From: a virus
DNA: 12,817 nt
Virus genome (UHGV): UHGV-0147886
Strand: one strand, 5' to 3'
In this document: positions 1-7,359 of the stretch, in pieces
Numbering within the stretch: position 1 is the first letter of the stretch
Layout: every line of letters begins with the position of its first letter
Position numbers and translations under genes: made by a program
The notes under the pieces: generated by a model
Told to the model about the DNA's origin: nothing
What the model saw: only the letters and a program-made list of their open reading frames with translations
Databases searched by the model: none

Positions 1-40
1 CCGTAGTTTCATAGTCGAGTTGCAGATCTGCAACTCGCCA
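1..40. repeat. 40-bp direct repeat, copy A; contains a 22-bp perfect palindrome CGAGTTGCAGATCTGCAACTCG (16-37)
   Basis: Positions 1-40 are identical to 435-474 (40/40), with 3 of the next 4 bases also matching. The palindrome is centred on AGATCT and includes GATC. Confidence 0.9.
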
Positions 41-150
41 TCAGTCAGGGAAATTTTGTAATTTCACGGGGGTTAAAATTCGAAGAGGCGGGCACTCCAA
101 GAGATAAGAGACGGTAGGGATTTTGCTACCCCTCCTGAATGCAATTTTTC

Positions 151-323
151 GTATATATATACAAAACAGTGCGGGTTATGCGGGTTAGCGGGTTATCTTC
201 GCGTGCTAAGTATTTTTTATTATTTAATATCAATGCGTTGAAAAATGACATGTTCAAATGTTAGCCAAATCGTAACCCGCAAGTCATTCAAAATAACCCG
301 CAACCTCTCTCAAATAACCCGCA
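151..323. repeat. Iteron cluster 1 (putative origin-like or cis replication region)
   Basis: Alternating GTATATATATAC tract at 151-162. Three tandem direct GCGGGTTA(T/G) units at 171-196. AT-rich spacer 197-272. Three inverted copies (A)TAACCCGCA at 273-281, 293-302 and 314-323 with 21-bp phasing. Same motif and layout as the cluster at 7846-7970. Confidence 0.6.
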
Positions 324-434
324 AACACATCAGGAAAGTGGGGCCAGTGATGCCACCGATCCCCTTTATTTGGGGATCGCGAGTAAGCCCCAAAATCTGG
401 GTGTTGCTCTTACTACCCAAACTACGGGTAGTTT

Positions 435-474
435 CCGTAGTTTCATAGTCGAGTTGCAGATCTGCAACTCGCCA
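435..474. repeat. 40-bp direct repeat, copy B; 22-bp perfect palindrome at 450-471
   Basis: Identical to 1-40. Lies 45 bp downstream (minus-strand sense) of the stop of the last head-module ORF and next to a 7-bp-stem hairpin at 484-501. Confidence 0.9.
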
Positions 475-518
475 CCAGTTGCTAAGTGCATTTTTGCACT
501 TTCGGTAATATCAACCAG

Positions 519-809
519 TTACCGCCGTAAGTGCTCCGGCTTCCTCCACTGGTAAGTATTTTTCGCGCTCTCCCTCCGTTGTTGAGAACGGCGACGGTAT
601 GCCAGCAACTCAAGAACTCTGGTTCGTATGTTGCGCATATCCACGCCGTTAAGCTCAATACCGTCACGGCGCATTACCTCAGCCACCACACGCGCGTAAT
701 TTTCGGCTATCACGCTGTCCGGCTGTGTAGCCTGTTCGTCAGGCTGACGACTGATTCCGGTAATGCGGCGAATTATTTTTAGTAGATCAGTTTCAGTCAT
801 TCTCGTCAT
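519..809 (-). CDS. Hypothetical 96-aa protein, translationally coupled to terL
   Basis: ATG at 809-807 overlaps the terL stop (ATGA overlap at 806-809). Last ORF of the head/packaging operon. No recognisable motif. Confidence 0.6.
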   Translation of the reverse strand: MTRMTETDLLKIIRRITGISRQPDEQATQPDSVIAENYARVVAEVMRRDGIELNGVDMRNIRTRVLELLAYRRRSQQRRESAKNTYQWRKPEHLRR

Positions 810-2455
810 ACCCCATCAAATGCCGCAAGTCGCTCTTTCTGGCTGTCGCTCATATCAAATGCAAATTCCTCATGCTCAGCCTGGAATGTGCCAAACGCCA
901 TCAGCGCCGCAACGCTCGGGTCTATCTTATTGGATGATTTTTTCTTGTTCGGCTTGATATTGGCGTTCGCGTCACTCTGCATCACAACATTACTCATTGA
1001 CCAGGCCAGCACCGGATCACCACGATGAACAATCACCTTCCGGTTAACAAAAACTTCGAACGATTTCGCCGCCGGACTAAAACGAAGGTACGTTTGCGGG
1101 AACGGCTCCACCTCAAATCCCGCTCCCTGTAGCTGCGTCCTCAGGTGCGTGGCGTTCCATGTATCGAAACCCACCAGCCTGATATTGAAATTCTCTGCAT
1201 CCGCCATGATGTCATCACGGATACGGTCATAATCAATGCAGTCACCCGGTGTTGTGCGTATCCAGCCCGCCTTTACCCACTGGCGATAGATGGCGCGGTT
1301 TTTATTGGCGGGGTTCTGTAGCTGAAATTCCGGTAGATAGTGACGTGAAACCAGCATAATCTTTTTACCGACCGGGAAGGCATAGCACACGCTGGAAATA
1401 TCGCTGGTTGATGATAAGTCCAGCCCCGCATAGCACTCCTGCCCGTATAAATCCGCCTCAGCGAACGTTCCGGCGCACTCCGCCCATGCACCGTTACCCA
1501 TCCACGGCGTAGCCCCCTGACACCAGATATTGAATCGCTTGGTGAGCATTTCCACCCACTGCGACGGAATACCCCGCGCTTTCTGGATGGTTGAGGCCAG
1601 TTTTTCACGATCGATATTGGGATTCGCCTTTATCCACATCGCCGGATCGTCAACCTCGCTTTCATCATCCAGCTCGTAAATCAGTACGAACATGGATTCG
1701 TTCACCTCTTCACCATCCAGTATCTGGCAGCAATAGTCGTAGTGTTGTTTACAGGCTGAAACAACGTTGCTCCCCGATGTGGTGATGGCAAATAACAGCC
1801 CCTCCGGACGCGCCCCCATCCCCAGTTCAAGTGCGGAATAAACCCCGTTGTCTGGGTGCAGGTGATATTCATCCACAATGGCAAGACTCGGGTTTGTCCC
1901 CTCAATGGTTGCCGCTTTTGCTGCCAGTGGCTTTAACAGGCTGTTGGTTTTCGGGTGTATCACCTTGTGCGCCTGAATATTTACCCGCTTTCGTAACGGT
2001 CGGGATAAAAGGCACATCTGACGCGCATCATCAAACACGATCCGCGCCTGATCACGACTCACGGCGGCGGTGTAAATATCCTGCTGCCCGTTTTCCATAA
2101 CCAGAAACCAGTTAGCCAGGATAGCGGCGACCGTGGATTTGGCATTTTTTCGCGGTACTTCAATGAATGCGCTGGTGTATTTGCGCCGTCCGGTGGCCTT
2201 AACCTTAAATCCCAGGATGCAGGCAAAGGCGAACTGCTGCCACGGCTCAAGTTCAATGGGGCTACCGCGCATTGCGCCTTTTACGTGCGGGCACACCCGG
2301 GAAAAGGCAATAAACCGCTCCACGACCTCCGGATCGAACGTGTAAAGGGAGTTTTCAAGGTCAGAAAAATACCGTTTAACAGCCTGTTTCAGTCGTTTAC
2401 AGGCCGTAATTTTGCCGTTTTTTACGCCTTCTGCGTACTCATGCCAGGCGGTCAA
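806..2455 (-). CDS. terL: Phage terminase large subunit (TerL)
   Basis: 549-aa ORF with Walker A-like VPRKNAKST and Walker B-like LAIVDEYH in the N-terminal half and a C-terminal nuclease-like region. Directly downstream of terS with 17-nt overlap. First codon at 2455 is TTG, preceded by AGAGGA; no in-frame ATG nearby, so the exact start is uncertain. Confidence 0.9.
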   Translation of the reverse strand: MTAWHEYAEGVKNGKITACKRLKQAVKRYFSDLENSLYTFDPEVVERFIAFSRVCPHVKGAMRGSPIELEPWQQFAFACILGFKVKATGRRKYTSAFIEVPRKNAKSTVAAILANWFLVMENGQQDIYTAAVSRDQARIVFDDARQMCLLSRPLRKRVNIQAHKVIHPKTNSLLKPLAAKAATIEGTNPSLAIVDEYHLHPDNGVYSALELGMGARPEGLLFAITTSGSNVVSACKQHYDYCCQILDGEEVNESMFVLIYELDDESEVDDPAMWIKANPNIDREKLASTIQKARGIPSQWVEMLTKRFNIWCQGATPWMGNGAWAECAGTFAEADLYGQECYAGLDLSSTSDISSVCYAFPVGKKIMLVSRHYLPEFQLQNPANKNRAIYRQWVKAGWIRTTPGDCIDYDRIRDDIMADAENFNIRLVGFDTWNATHLRTQLQGAGFEVEPFPQTYLRFSPAAKSFEVFVNRKVIVHRGDPVLAWSMSNVVMQSDANANIKPNKKKSSNKIDPSVAALMAFGTFQAEHEEFAFDMSDSQKERLAAFDGV

Positions 2456-2795
2456 GTTCGTCCTCTTCCTCTGTTTCCGGTGGATTTCTGCGACGGCTTA
2501 CCGGGTCAAAACCCAGCAAAGAAGCCATTTTGATCATTATTCTTTCTGCGTCAGCCTTTGCGCTCAGTGCGGGGTTTCTGCTCTCGCTGCCCTGACTGTT
2601 AACAATGCTGAACCCGCGCGTCGCAAGGTCTTCGACGGCTTTGCGGTATATAGAGTAGTTAACGCAATACAGTTCCAGATTGCTCCAGTCGGCGGGGGTA
2701 AGGTCTTCCCGCCCGGAAAGCTGGCGCGATTTTTCCTTCCACTGCCTGACCGCGATTTCATCCAGGTAAGCGGGGGCTTTTGGTGGTCTTGCCAT
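2439..2795 (-). CDS. terS: Phage terminase small subunit, P27-family-like
   Basis: 119 aa from ATG 2795-2793 (MARPPKAPAYLDE...). Size and sequence pattern match P27-family TerS and it sits immediately 5' of terL. The longer ORF to 2936 is read-through of the G-rich intergenic region and is rejected. Confidence 0.8.
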   Translation of the reverse strand: MARPPKAPAYLDEIAVRQWKEKSRQLSGREDLTPADWSNLELYCVNYSIYRKAVEDLATRGFSIVNSQGSESRNPALSAKADAERIMIKMASLLGFDPVSRRRNPPETEEEDELDRLA

Positions 2796-2811
2796 GTTCT
2801 TTTTTCGCCCA

Positions 2812-2840
2812 ATTATTTTCAAAAAAATTACCGTGCACAA
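2812..2840 (-). promoter_or_regulatory. Candidate sigma70-like promoter for terS-terL
   Basis: Minus strand reads TTGTGC (2840-2835), a 17-nt spacer, then AATAAT (2817-2812), about 20 nt upstream of the terS ATG. Hexamers read by eye, not scored. Confidence 0.35.
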
Positions 2841-2846
2841 AAATTT

Positions 2847-2906
2847 GAGGGGGCGGTCGGTGTCCGGCAGGGACGGTTTCGTCCTGAAAACCACCCCCAC
2901 CCCCTC
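2847..2906. other. Nested G/C-tract inverted repeat in the HNH-terS gap: candidate cos/packaging site or intrinsic terminator
   Basis: GAGGGGG (2847-2853) and CCCCCTC (2900-2906) are reverse complements and bracket an inner hairpin (2868-2886, loop GTTT). On the minus strand the structure is followed by AAATTTTT and further T runs. Confidence 0.35.
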
Positions 2907-3083
2907 TGACGGCCTCACCAGCGATTGCGAAAACATTCCATGACCTCGCGGTCACGGTCGGTTAATCGCTTCGCTGTGGTGCGTTTTGTGCGCCCTGTCC
3001 TGTTGGCTTTGTGCTCTGTCTCCTGTGTCTTCCATGTGTCACGCTGCCTTATCAGTCCACGTATCAGCCTGGTTTGCTCCTGT

Positions 3084-3524
3084 TCAGTCATCATCGCCAT
3101 ACATCCAGTCGTTACGGTGTGCCGCCCGTTCTTCCTGCTCGCGATACATGCCCGCTTTACGGTTTGTTTTCGTGGCTGGATCTTCCCGTGTCGTCTTACG
3201 GTTGTGGCACGTCTGGCACAATGCCTGGTGATTCCACTCAGGCCAGAAGAGAACATCACCGCCGCCATTGATGGGAATGATGTGATCCACCACAAGAGCT
3301 GGCGTATAAATCCCCTTAGCCAGACAACGCACGCATAACGGGTTTTTGCTCAGGTACAGGGCGCGGTATTTGTCCCACTGTCGGGAATACCCGCGCGCGC
3401 GGCGGTGTCCCCGTCTGGCATCCTCTGCACGCCATGCAGCCCGCCTGTGCTCTTCACACTTGCCGGACTTCACGCGCTTATTACAGCCAGGCTCAGTGCA
3501 TCGCCTTAATGGTTGCCACGGCAT
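3084..3524 (-). CDS. HNH endonuclease (phage packaging-associated)
   Basis: 146 aa. N-terminal Cys cluster CTEPGCNKRVKSGKCEEH and HNH core ...VVDHIIPINGGGD...WNHQALCQTCHNRK. Start ATG shares one base with the connector stop (TGATG). Sits next to terS, as is typical for HK97-like cos-type packaging modules. Confidence 0.85.
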   Translation of the reverse strand: MPWQPLRRCTEPGCNKRVKSGKCEEHRRAAWRAEDARRGHRRARGYSRQWDKYRALYLSKNPLCVRCLAKGIYTPALVVDHIIPINGGGDVLFWPEWNHQALCQTCHNRKTTREDPATKTNRKAGMYREQEERAAHRNDWMYGDDD

Positions 3525-3826
3525 CAGTACACCCCTACGTCACGATAAACTGACCAGAGCGCAGAAATAGCCATAGGCAGTTCCGAGTGCTCCACTGGTG
3601 AAACCGCTTCCCGGTTCTCGTACAGGAAAGCGATGTACATCAGGCAACCAACACGCATTGCCGGGGTAAATTCCAGCCCGTCTTCAAAACGTTTCCCGAT
3701 ATGCTTCTGGCAGGCTTCCAGCGCCGCATCGGTATACATTTTCAGAAGTTCGCCTTCACCGGATAAATCATCATCAAGTCGAAGATGTGCCCTGACTTCA
3801 TCAGGTGTAATTCTGGCTTCACTCAT
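3524..3826 (-). CDS. gp6-like head-tail connector/adaptor protein
   Basis: 100 aa from ATG 3826-3824 with RBS AGGGAG 5 nt upstream. N-terminus ...ITPDEVRAHLRLDDDLSGEGELL... matches the characteristic start of gp6-like head-tail connector proteins. Overlaps the portal stop by 8 nt. Confidence 0.7.
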   Translation of the reverse strand: MSEARITPDEVRAHLRLDDDLSGEGELLKMYTDAALEACQKHIGKRFEDGLEFTPAMRVGCLMYIAFLYENREAVSPVEHSELPMAISALWSVYRDVGVY

Positions 3827-5033
3827 CTTTTCTCCCTTTAATTTCCACAGTCTGTTTCCATGCCTGGCTGAACTCATCACCACCTTCACGCGGCGGCATA
3901 CCCTCACGCTCACGGGCTTCGTTCGGATTCATGATCCCGTTCTTAATCCCTTTCTCATACGTGGCATAACGTTCGGTGGGTGTGGCGCGTAATAAATCGG
4001 CTGAATCAAACTCAACCAGATAACGGGTACCAGGTACGGGAGAAGCCACCAGCAAAGCGGCCTTGATTTGCTGTTCGAAGTTCGCCAGCCACGGGCGCAT
4101 TGTCATGGTCAGAAACGCGCGGCTTGCCTCGCTGAAATTGCTGTAGGTGCTGTTGCTGTATTCCTGCAGAAAAATAGGCGATACGTTGAACATGCGGGCG
4201 ATGTCTTCAATGGAGAAGCGACGGGAGGCCAGCCATTCCGCATCCTGGTTACTCATTCCCAGTTGCCTGTAATCCATGCCCCCTTCAAGGATTGGCGTTT
4301 TTCCGGCATTTTTCGCCCCCTTGTAGCGTTCCAGAGCATCCAATGCCTGTTTACCTTTCACGCCGTCCAGCCATTCGCCTGACGTGATAATCCCTGCCGC
4401 CATCATGCCATCTTTCATAATGCTGGCTCCGTGACGCTGTTGAGCAAGGCCAAGCCCCAGCGCCTCACGGCAAATCGTGACGGGGGAACGCCCCAGAAAG
4501 CCATCATCCGAGGCATAGCGGAGATGCAAAACTTCTTCCTGTAAATACGTGCGCACCGTTCCTGTACAGGGTTCGGTGATGGTATAGCGGTATTTGTGTG
4601 CGCCTGTGCGTTCCGGTACAACACACCCCGGCGCATAAGGATGAAGTGATTTTGGCTGCCCGTCCTGCCCCCACTCAATAACCGCATAGGCGTTACCGTT
4701 CAGCAGGCAGTGACGCATCATTGTGCGTTTAAACTGGTAAGGTGTCTGGCACGAATTAGGCTGCTCATTCAGCAGAATATCTACCGGGTGACTGTCCAGC
4801 CATTCCCGCGCCTCCCTGCCCTTGTCATTACGTACCAGATACAGATAACACGGCATCGTGGCCACCGCCTCAGCGATGACAGAAACCGCATTCATCACTG
4901 CAGGCAATGATTCAGCCGTCCCGGCAGAAACATATTCTCCGGATCCGGTATTCGGTACGCCGGACAGCGCCAGAAAATCATCAATGGACAGGTTACGCTG
5001 CTCGCTTTTTTTACGACTAAAAGGCCACCACAT
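3819..5033 (-). CDS. Phage portal protein, HK97 family-like
   Basis: About 404 aa from ATG 5033-5031, which lies 1 nt after the protease stop (TGATATG). Size and sequence pattern, including a conserved C-terminal region (...FSIEDIARMFNVSPIFL...NPNEAREREGMPP...), fit HK97-type portals. The upstream extension to 5123 starts at TTG with no usable RBS. Confidence 0.85.
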   Translation of the reverse strand: MWWPFSRKKSEQRNLSIDDFLALSGVPNTGSGEYVSAGTAESLPAVMNAVSVIAEAVATMPCYLYLVRNDKGREAREWLDSHPVDILLNEQPNSCQTPYQFKRTMMRHCLLNGNAYAVIEWGQDGQPKSLHPYAPGCVVPERTGAHKYRYTITEPCTGTVRTYLQEEVLHLRYASDDGFLGRSPVTICREALGLGLAQQRHGASIMKDGMMAAGIITSGEWLDGVKGKQALDALERYKGAKNAGKTPILEGGMDYRQLGMSNQDAEWLASRRFSIEDIARMFNVSPIFLQEYSNSTYSNFSEASRAFLTMTMRPWLANFEQQIKAALLVASPVPGTRYLVEFDSADLLRATPTERYATYEKGIKNGIMNPNEAREREGMPPREGGDEFSQAWKQTVEIKGRKDE

Positions 5034-5034
5034 A

Positions 5035-5595
5035 TCACAACCCCGCCAGCTCAGACCAGCGATGACGATTATTTCCTGTCGGACGTAATTCAGGGTGCTG
5101 TGCAAACAACGAACGGTGGGCAATCTCCACGCCAGATTCTGGATAAGCAGGCATCGACGTTATTGTGATTTCACGGAGTTCAGCGGCGGTTACGGTACGC
5201 AGATACGGTTTTTGCGCGATACTCCACTCCTCGCATAATGCGCGAAAACCAAAGCTCATTCCTGTAATGTCGCCACGCTCCACCAGCGTAAGCACATCTT
5301 TTCCAAGCTGGGTATCCGGCGGTGTCAGTTCAAAACGTAACCCGGTGTTATCCTCAGTCAGTACCAGAGTGCCGGATTTGGTGCGCCCCAGCAGTTGGGT
5401 ATAGTCATGCTCATACAGGCAGCGCACATCATTACCCGTCGCCAGATAGTCAGCAAAAGCCCCCGGCGTGAACTGTTCGCGGAATTCGTCCCAGATAATT
5501 TCTGAAAGGCTGTTCCAGCGAACGGCATACCCCACCAGCTTTTTATTGCTGGCGGTCAGTTCAGATGTGCGGATTTCAAAATCGGTGTTTTTCAT
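5035..5595 (-). CDS. HK97-family prohead protease
   Basis: 186 aa with the prohead-protease pattern (...GYAVRWN...FTPGAF...CLYEHD...LGRT...GDITGMSFGF). ATG 5595-5593 with GGAG 7 nt upstream. Confidence 0.85.
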   Translation of the reverse strand: MKNTDFEIRTSELTASNKKLVGYAVRWNSLSEIIWDEFREQFTPGAFADYLATGNDVRCLYEHDYTQLLGRTKSGTLVLTEDNTGLRFELTPPDTQLGKDVLTLVERGDITGMSFGFRALCEEWSIAQKPYLRTVTAAELREITITSMPAYPESGVEIAHRSLFAQHPELRPTGNNRHRWSELAGL

Positions 5596-5606
5596 CGGTG
5601 TACTCC

Positions 5607-5637
5607 ATAAAGCTGAAAAAGGAGGCCGCAGCCTCCT
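5607..5637 (-). terminator. Intrinsic terminator-like hairpin between major capsid and protease genes
   Basis: On the minus strand, AGGAGGC-TGCG-GCCTCCT (7-bp GC-rich stem, 5620-5637) is followed directly by TTTTTCAGCTTT. Confidence 0.55.
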
Positions 5638-5649
5638 CCTTACTCATGA

Positions 5650-6819
5650 CTAGCCAGCTTTCATTTCCAGAATTTTGATGGCGTTTGAATCCACCACACC
5701 ACCGCCCAGATATTTATCCGTGTGGACCTTGTAGAATCCGGGTTCAGTAATGTTGTCCGGTCGGGTGCGAATCCCTGTTACATGATCAACGATGAAATAA
5801 CCACGACTGAAATCGCCAACCGCCAGCGGTGCTTTTCCTGCGCCGATGTCCGGCATGGACTCCAGGCAGTAAACAGGACGACCAAGCAACATATCCGGCG
5901 CACCGTCTTTAAGGCTGTCGCGCCAGATATAATCGCCGTTCTCATTTTTCAGCTTCTGTAGTGTCCCTGCCGTACCCGAGTTCATCACCCAGACGGCATT
6001 TTTGCGGTATTTCGCTTTCAGCTTGTAGAGAATGTCGATCAGTTCGTCCGCTGTAATGGCGGTTCCACTTGCCGCTACCATTTTTTCAATGGTGCCAAAA
6101 GCGCGGGTTTTGTCACTGGTCGCCGCACGGGTGTAAGCCATGAAGCCTTTCGGCTTGCCGTTACCGTCGCCATTAACAAAATCATCCTCTTCGGTGCTGG
6201 CGAACGTGTCGGCAATTTCGGAGGATAACCAGCCCAGAATATCCACCTCTGAAAAATCAAGGATTTCCTGCGTGGTTTTCGGGTAGGCGTAGATCGGATT
6301 CAGCTTGATGGTTACGCGTTCAATTTTCGGGGTGTTGGTTTCACTGCGTGCGCTGCCTTCTGTGCCTCGTCCTACAGTTGCGCCGCCAGTGGAAACCAGT
6401 TTCTGAAACTCATTTGATTTTGCAGTCTTCACGGTCGCGATCACGCGCATAACACTGTCATCCTGTAGCTGGCGCATGACTTCGCGATCGAGCTCAGGAA
6501 TTACGGTATATCCGCCATCCCTGCCGCTGTCAGTGCTGGTGGACAGTGATCGCACATCTCCGGTTACGATGTAGTTACGCAATTCATCAGATGATAATTT
6601 CTGGATGCCCGTTCCTGGCTTGCTGCGTTCTTCATCAGCCACAGACTCGAGGCGGGAAATTTCTGTGTCGAGGGAGTCGGCTTTTGCACGCAGTTCATCA
6701 AACTGTTTGCCCTCGTCATCGTTCAGGCTGCGGTTTTCACTGTCGGCTTTTTCCAGCAGGGATCGCATCTGGTTTTTCAGGGCGGTTTTTTGCTGGCGGA
6801 GTTCGATTAATTTCTTCAT
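5650..6819 (-). CDS. Major capsid protein, HK97 fold, with N-terminal scaffold/delta-like coiled-coil region
   Basis: 389 aa. The first ~100 aa are charged and coiled-coil-like (MKKLIELRQQKTALKNQMRSLLEKADSENRSL...), followed by an MCP-like body (...NGDGNGKPKGF...). First gene of the head operon, after a long untranslated leader. Confidence 0.9.
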   Translation of the reverse strand: MKKLIELRQQKTALKNQMRSLLEKADSENRSLNDDEGKQFDELRAKADSLDTEISRLESVADEERSKPGTGIQKLSSDELRNYIVTGDVRSLSTSTDSGRDGGYTVIPELDREVMRQLQDDSVMRVIATVKTAKSNEFQKLVSTGGATVGRGTEGSARSETNTPKIERVTIKLNPIYAYPKTTQEILDFSEVDILGWLSSEIADTFASTEEDDFVNGDGNGKPKGFMAYTRAATSDKTRAFGTIEKMVAASGTAITADELIDILYKLKAKYRKNAVWVMNSGTAGTLQKLKNENGDYIWRDSLKDGAPDMLLGRPVYCLESMPDIGAGKAPLAVGDFSRGYFIVDHVTGIRTRPDNITEPGFYKVHTDKYLGGGVVDSNAIKILEMKAG

Positions 6820-7052
6820 GAAGGTTTTCTCGTATTGGTTAAGATTCAGGACGTGAAACCAACACGGAGGGAGCGCCGCCCGACACTCTCGGCATCTCGC
6901 AGATCAACCCGGCATCGCGCAGGGGGTCAGGCGGCATTGTGGCGGCTCACGTCTGAGTGCCACACGCCAACATATACATAAAAATCAGTATGTAAATATC
7001 AGCCAGAATCACTGAACAGCCAGAAACAACCACGAACAAATAATTTACAAAA

Positions 7053-7084
7053 CCTGAAAAAAAGACCCGGGAAAAATCCGGGCC
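7053..7084 (-). terminator. Rho-independent terminator closing the replication operon
   Basis: On the minus strand, a GGCCCGG/CCGGGTC stem (5-7 bp, GC-only) with loop ATTTTTC is followed by TCTTTTTTT. Lies 10-40 nt downstream of the 82-aa ORF stop. Confidence 0.6.
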
Positions 7085-7093
7085 TTTATCGCT

Positions 7094-7342
7094 TTACTGT
7101 TTCACGGGATCGCGCATTCTGCGCCTTATTTTCCACAAATATTCGATCATCGCTTCCACCTGCTCACGGTTGGTTGCGAAAATTTCCCCGGTCAGTGAGC
7201 TGCGCAGAAAATCATGATGATCCACAACAAATAACGCATCGGAAGAAAGCAGACGGCGATATTTTTTTGCTGTCGTGGTTTCCAGATCATCAATACCATG
7301 AAACTTTTTATGTTGCTGAACTTCTTCAAATGTCACTGGCAT
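7094..7342 (-). CDS. Hypothetical 82-aa protein
   Basis: ATG 7342-7340 with strong RBS AGGGGGA. 17 nt downstream of the ssb stop and followed by the terminator. No recognisable motif. Confidence 0.6.
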   Translation of the reverse strand: MPVTFEEVQQHKKFHGIDDLETTTAKKYRRLLSSDALFVVDHHDFLRSSLTGEIFATNREQVEAMIEYLWKIRRRMRDPVKQ

Positions 7343-7359
7343 GTATCCCCCTGTTATCG

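Noticed and set aside
149-164. LexA-box-like sequence tCGTATATATATACAa
   Set aside because: The alternating core matches the middle of CTGT-N8-ACAG, but the critical CTG and CAG triplets are not intact. More likely an AT-rich unwinding element of the iteron origin region.
435-478. tRNA 3' end (sequence ends ...GCCACCA), as a possible tRNA-derived att site
   Set aside because: The palindrome cannot fold into a T-arm (4-nt loop, no GTTC-type loop) and no acceptor-stem complement or cloverleaf is present upstream.
245-555. Small plus-strand ORFs (67 aa and 61 aa) inside iteron cluster 1 and the repeat region
   Set aside because: They lie within repeats and hairpins, have no RBS, and their translations are dominated by the repeat sequence.
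2412-3338. Plus-strand ORFs (165 aa at 2412-2909; 137 aa at 2925-3338) opposite terS, the gap and HNH
   Set aside because: They are antisense to well-supported packaging genes or read through the G/C-tract hairpin region. No RBS and low-complexity translations.
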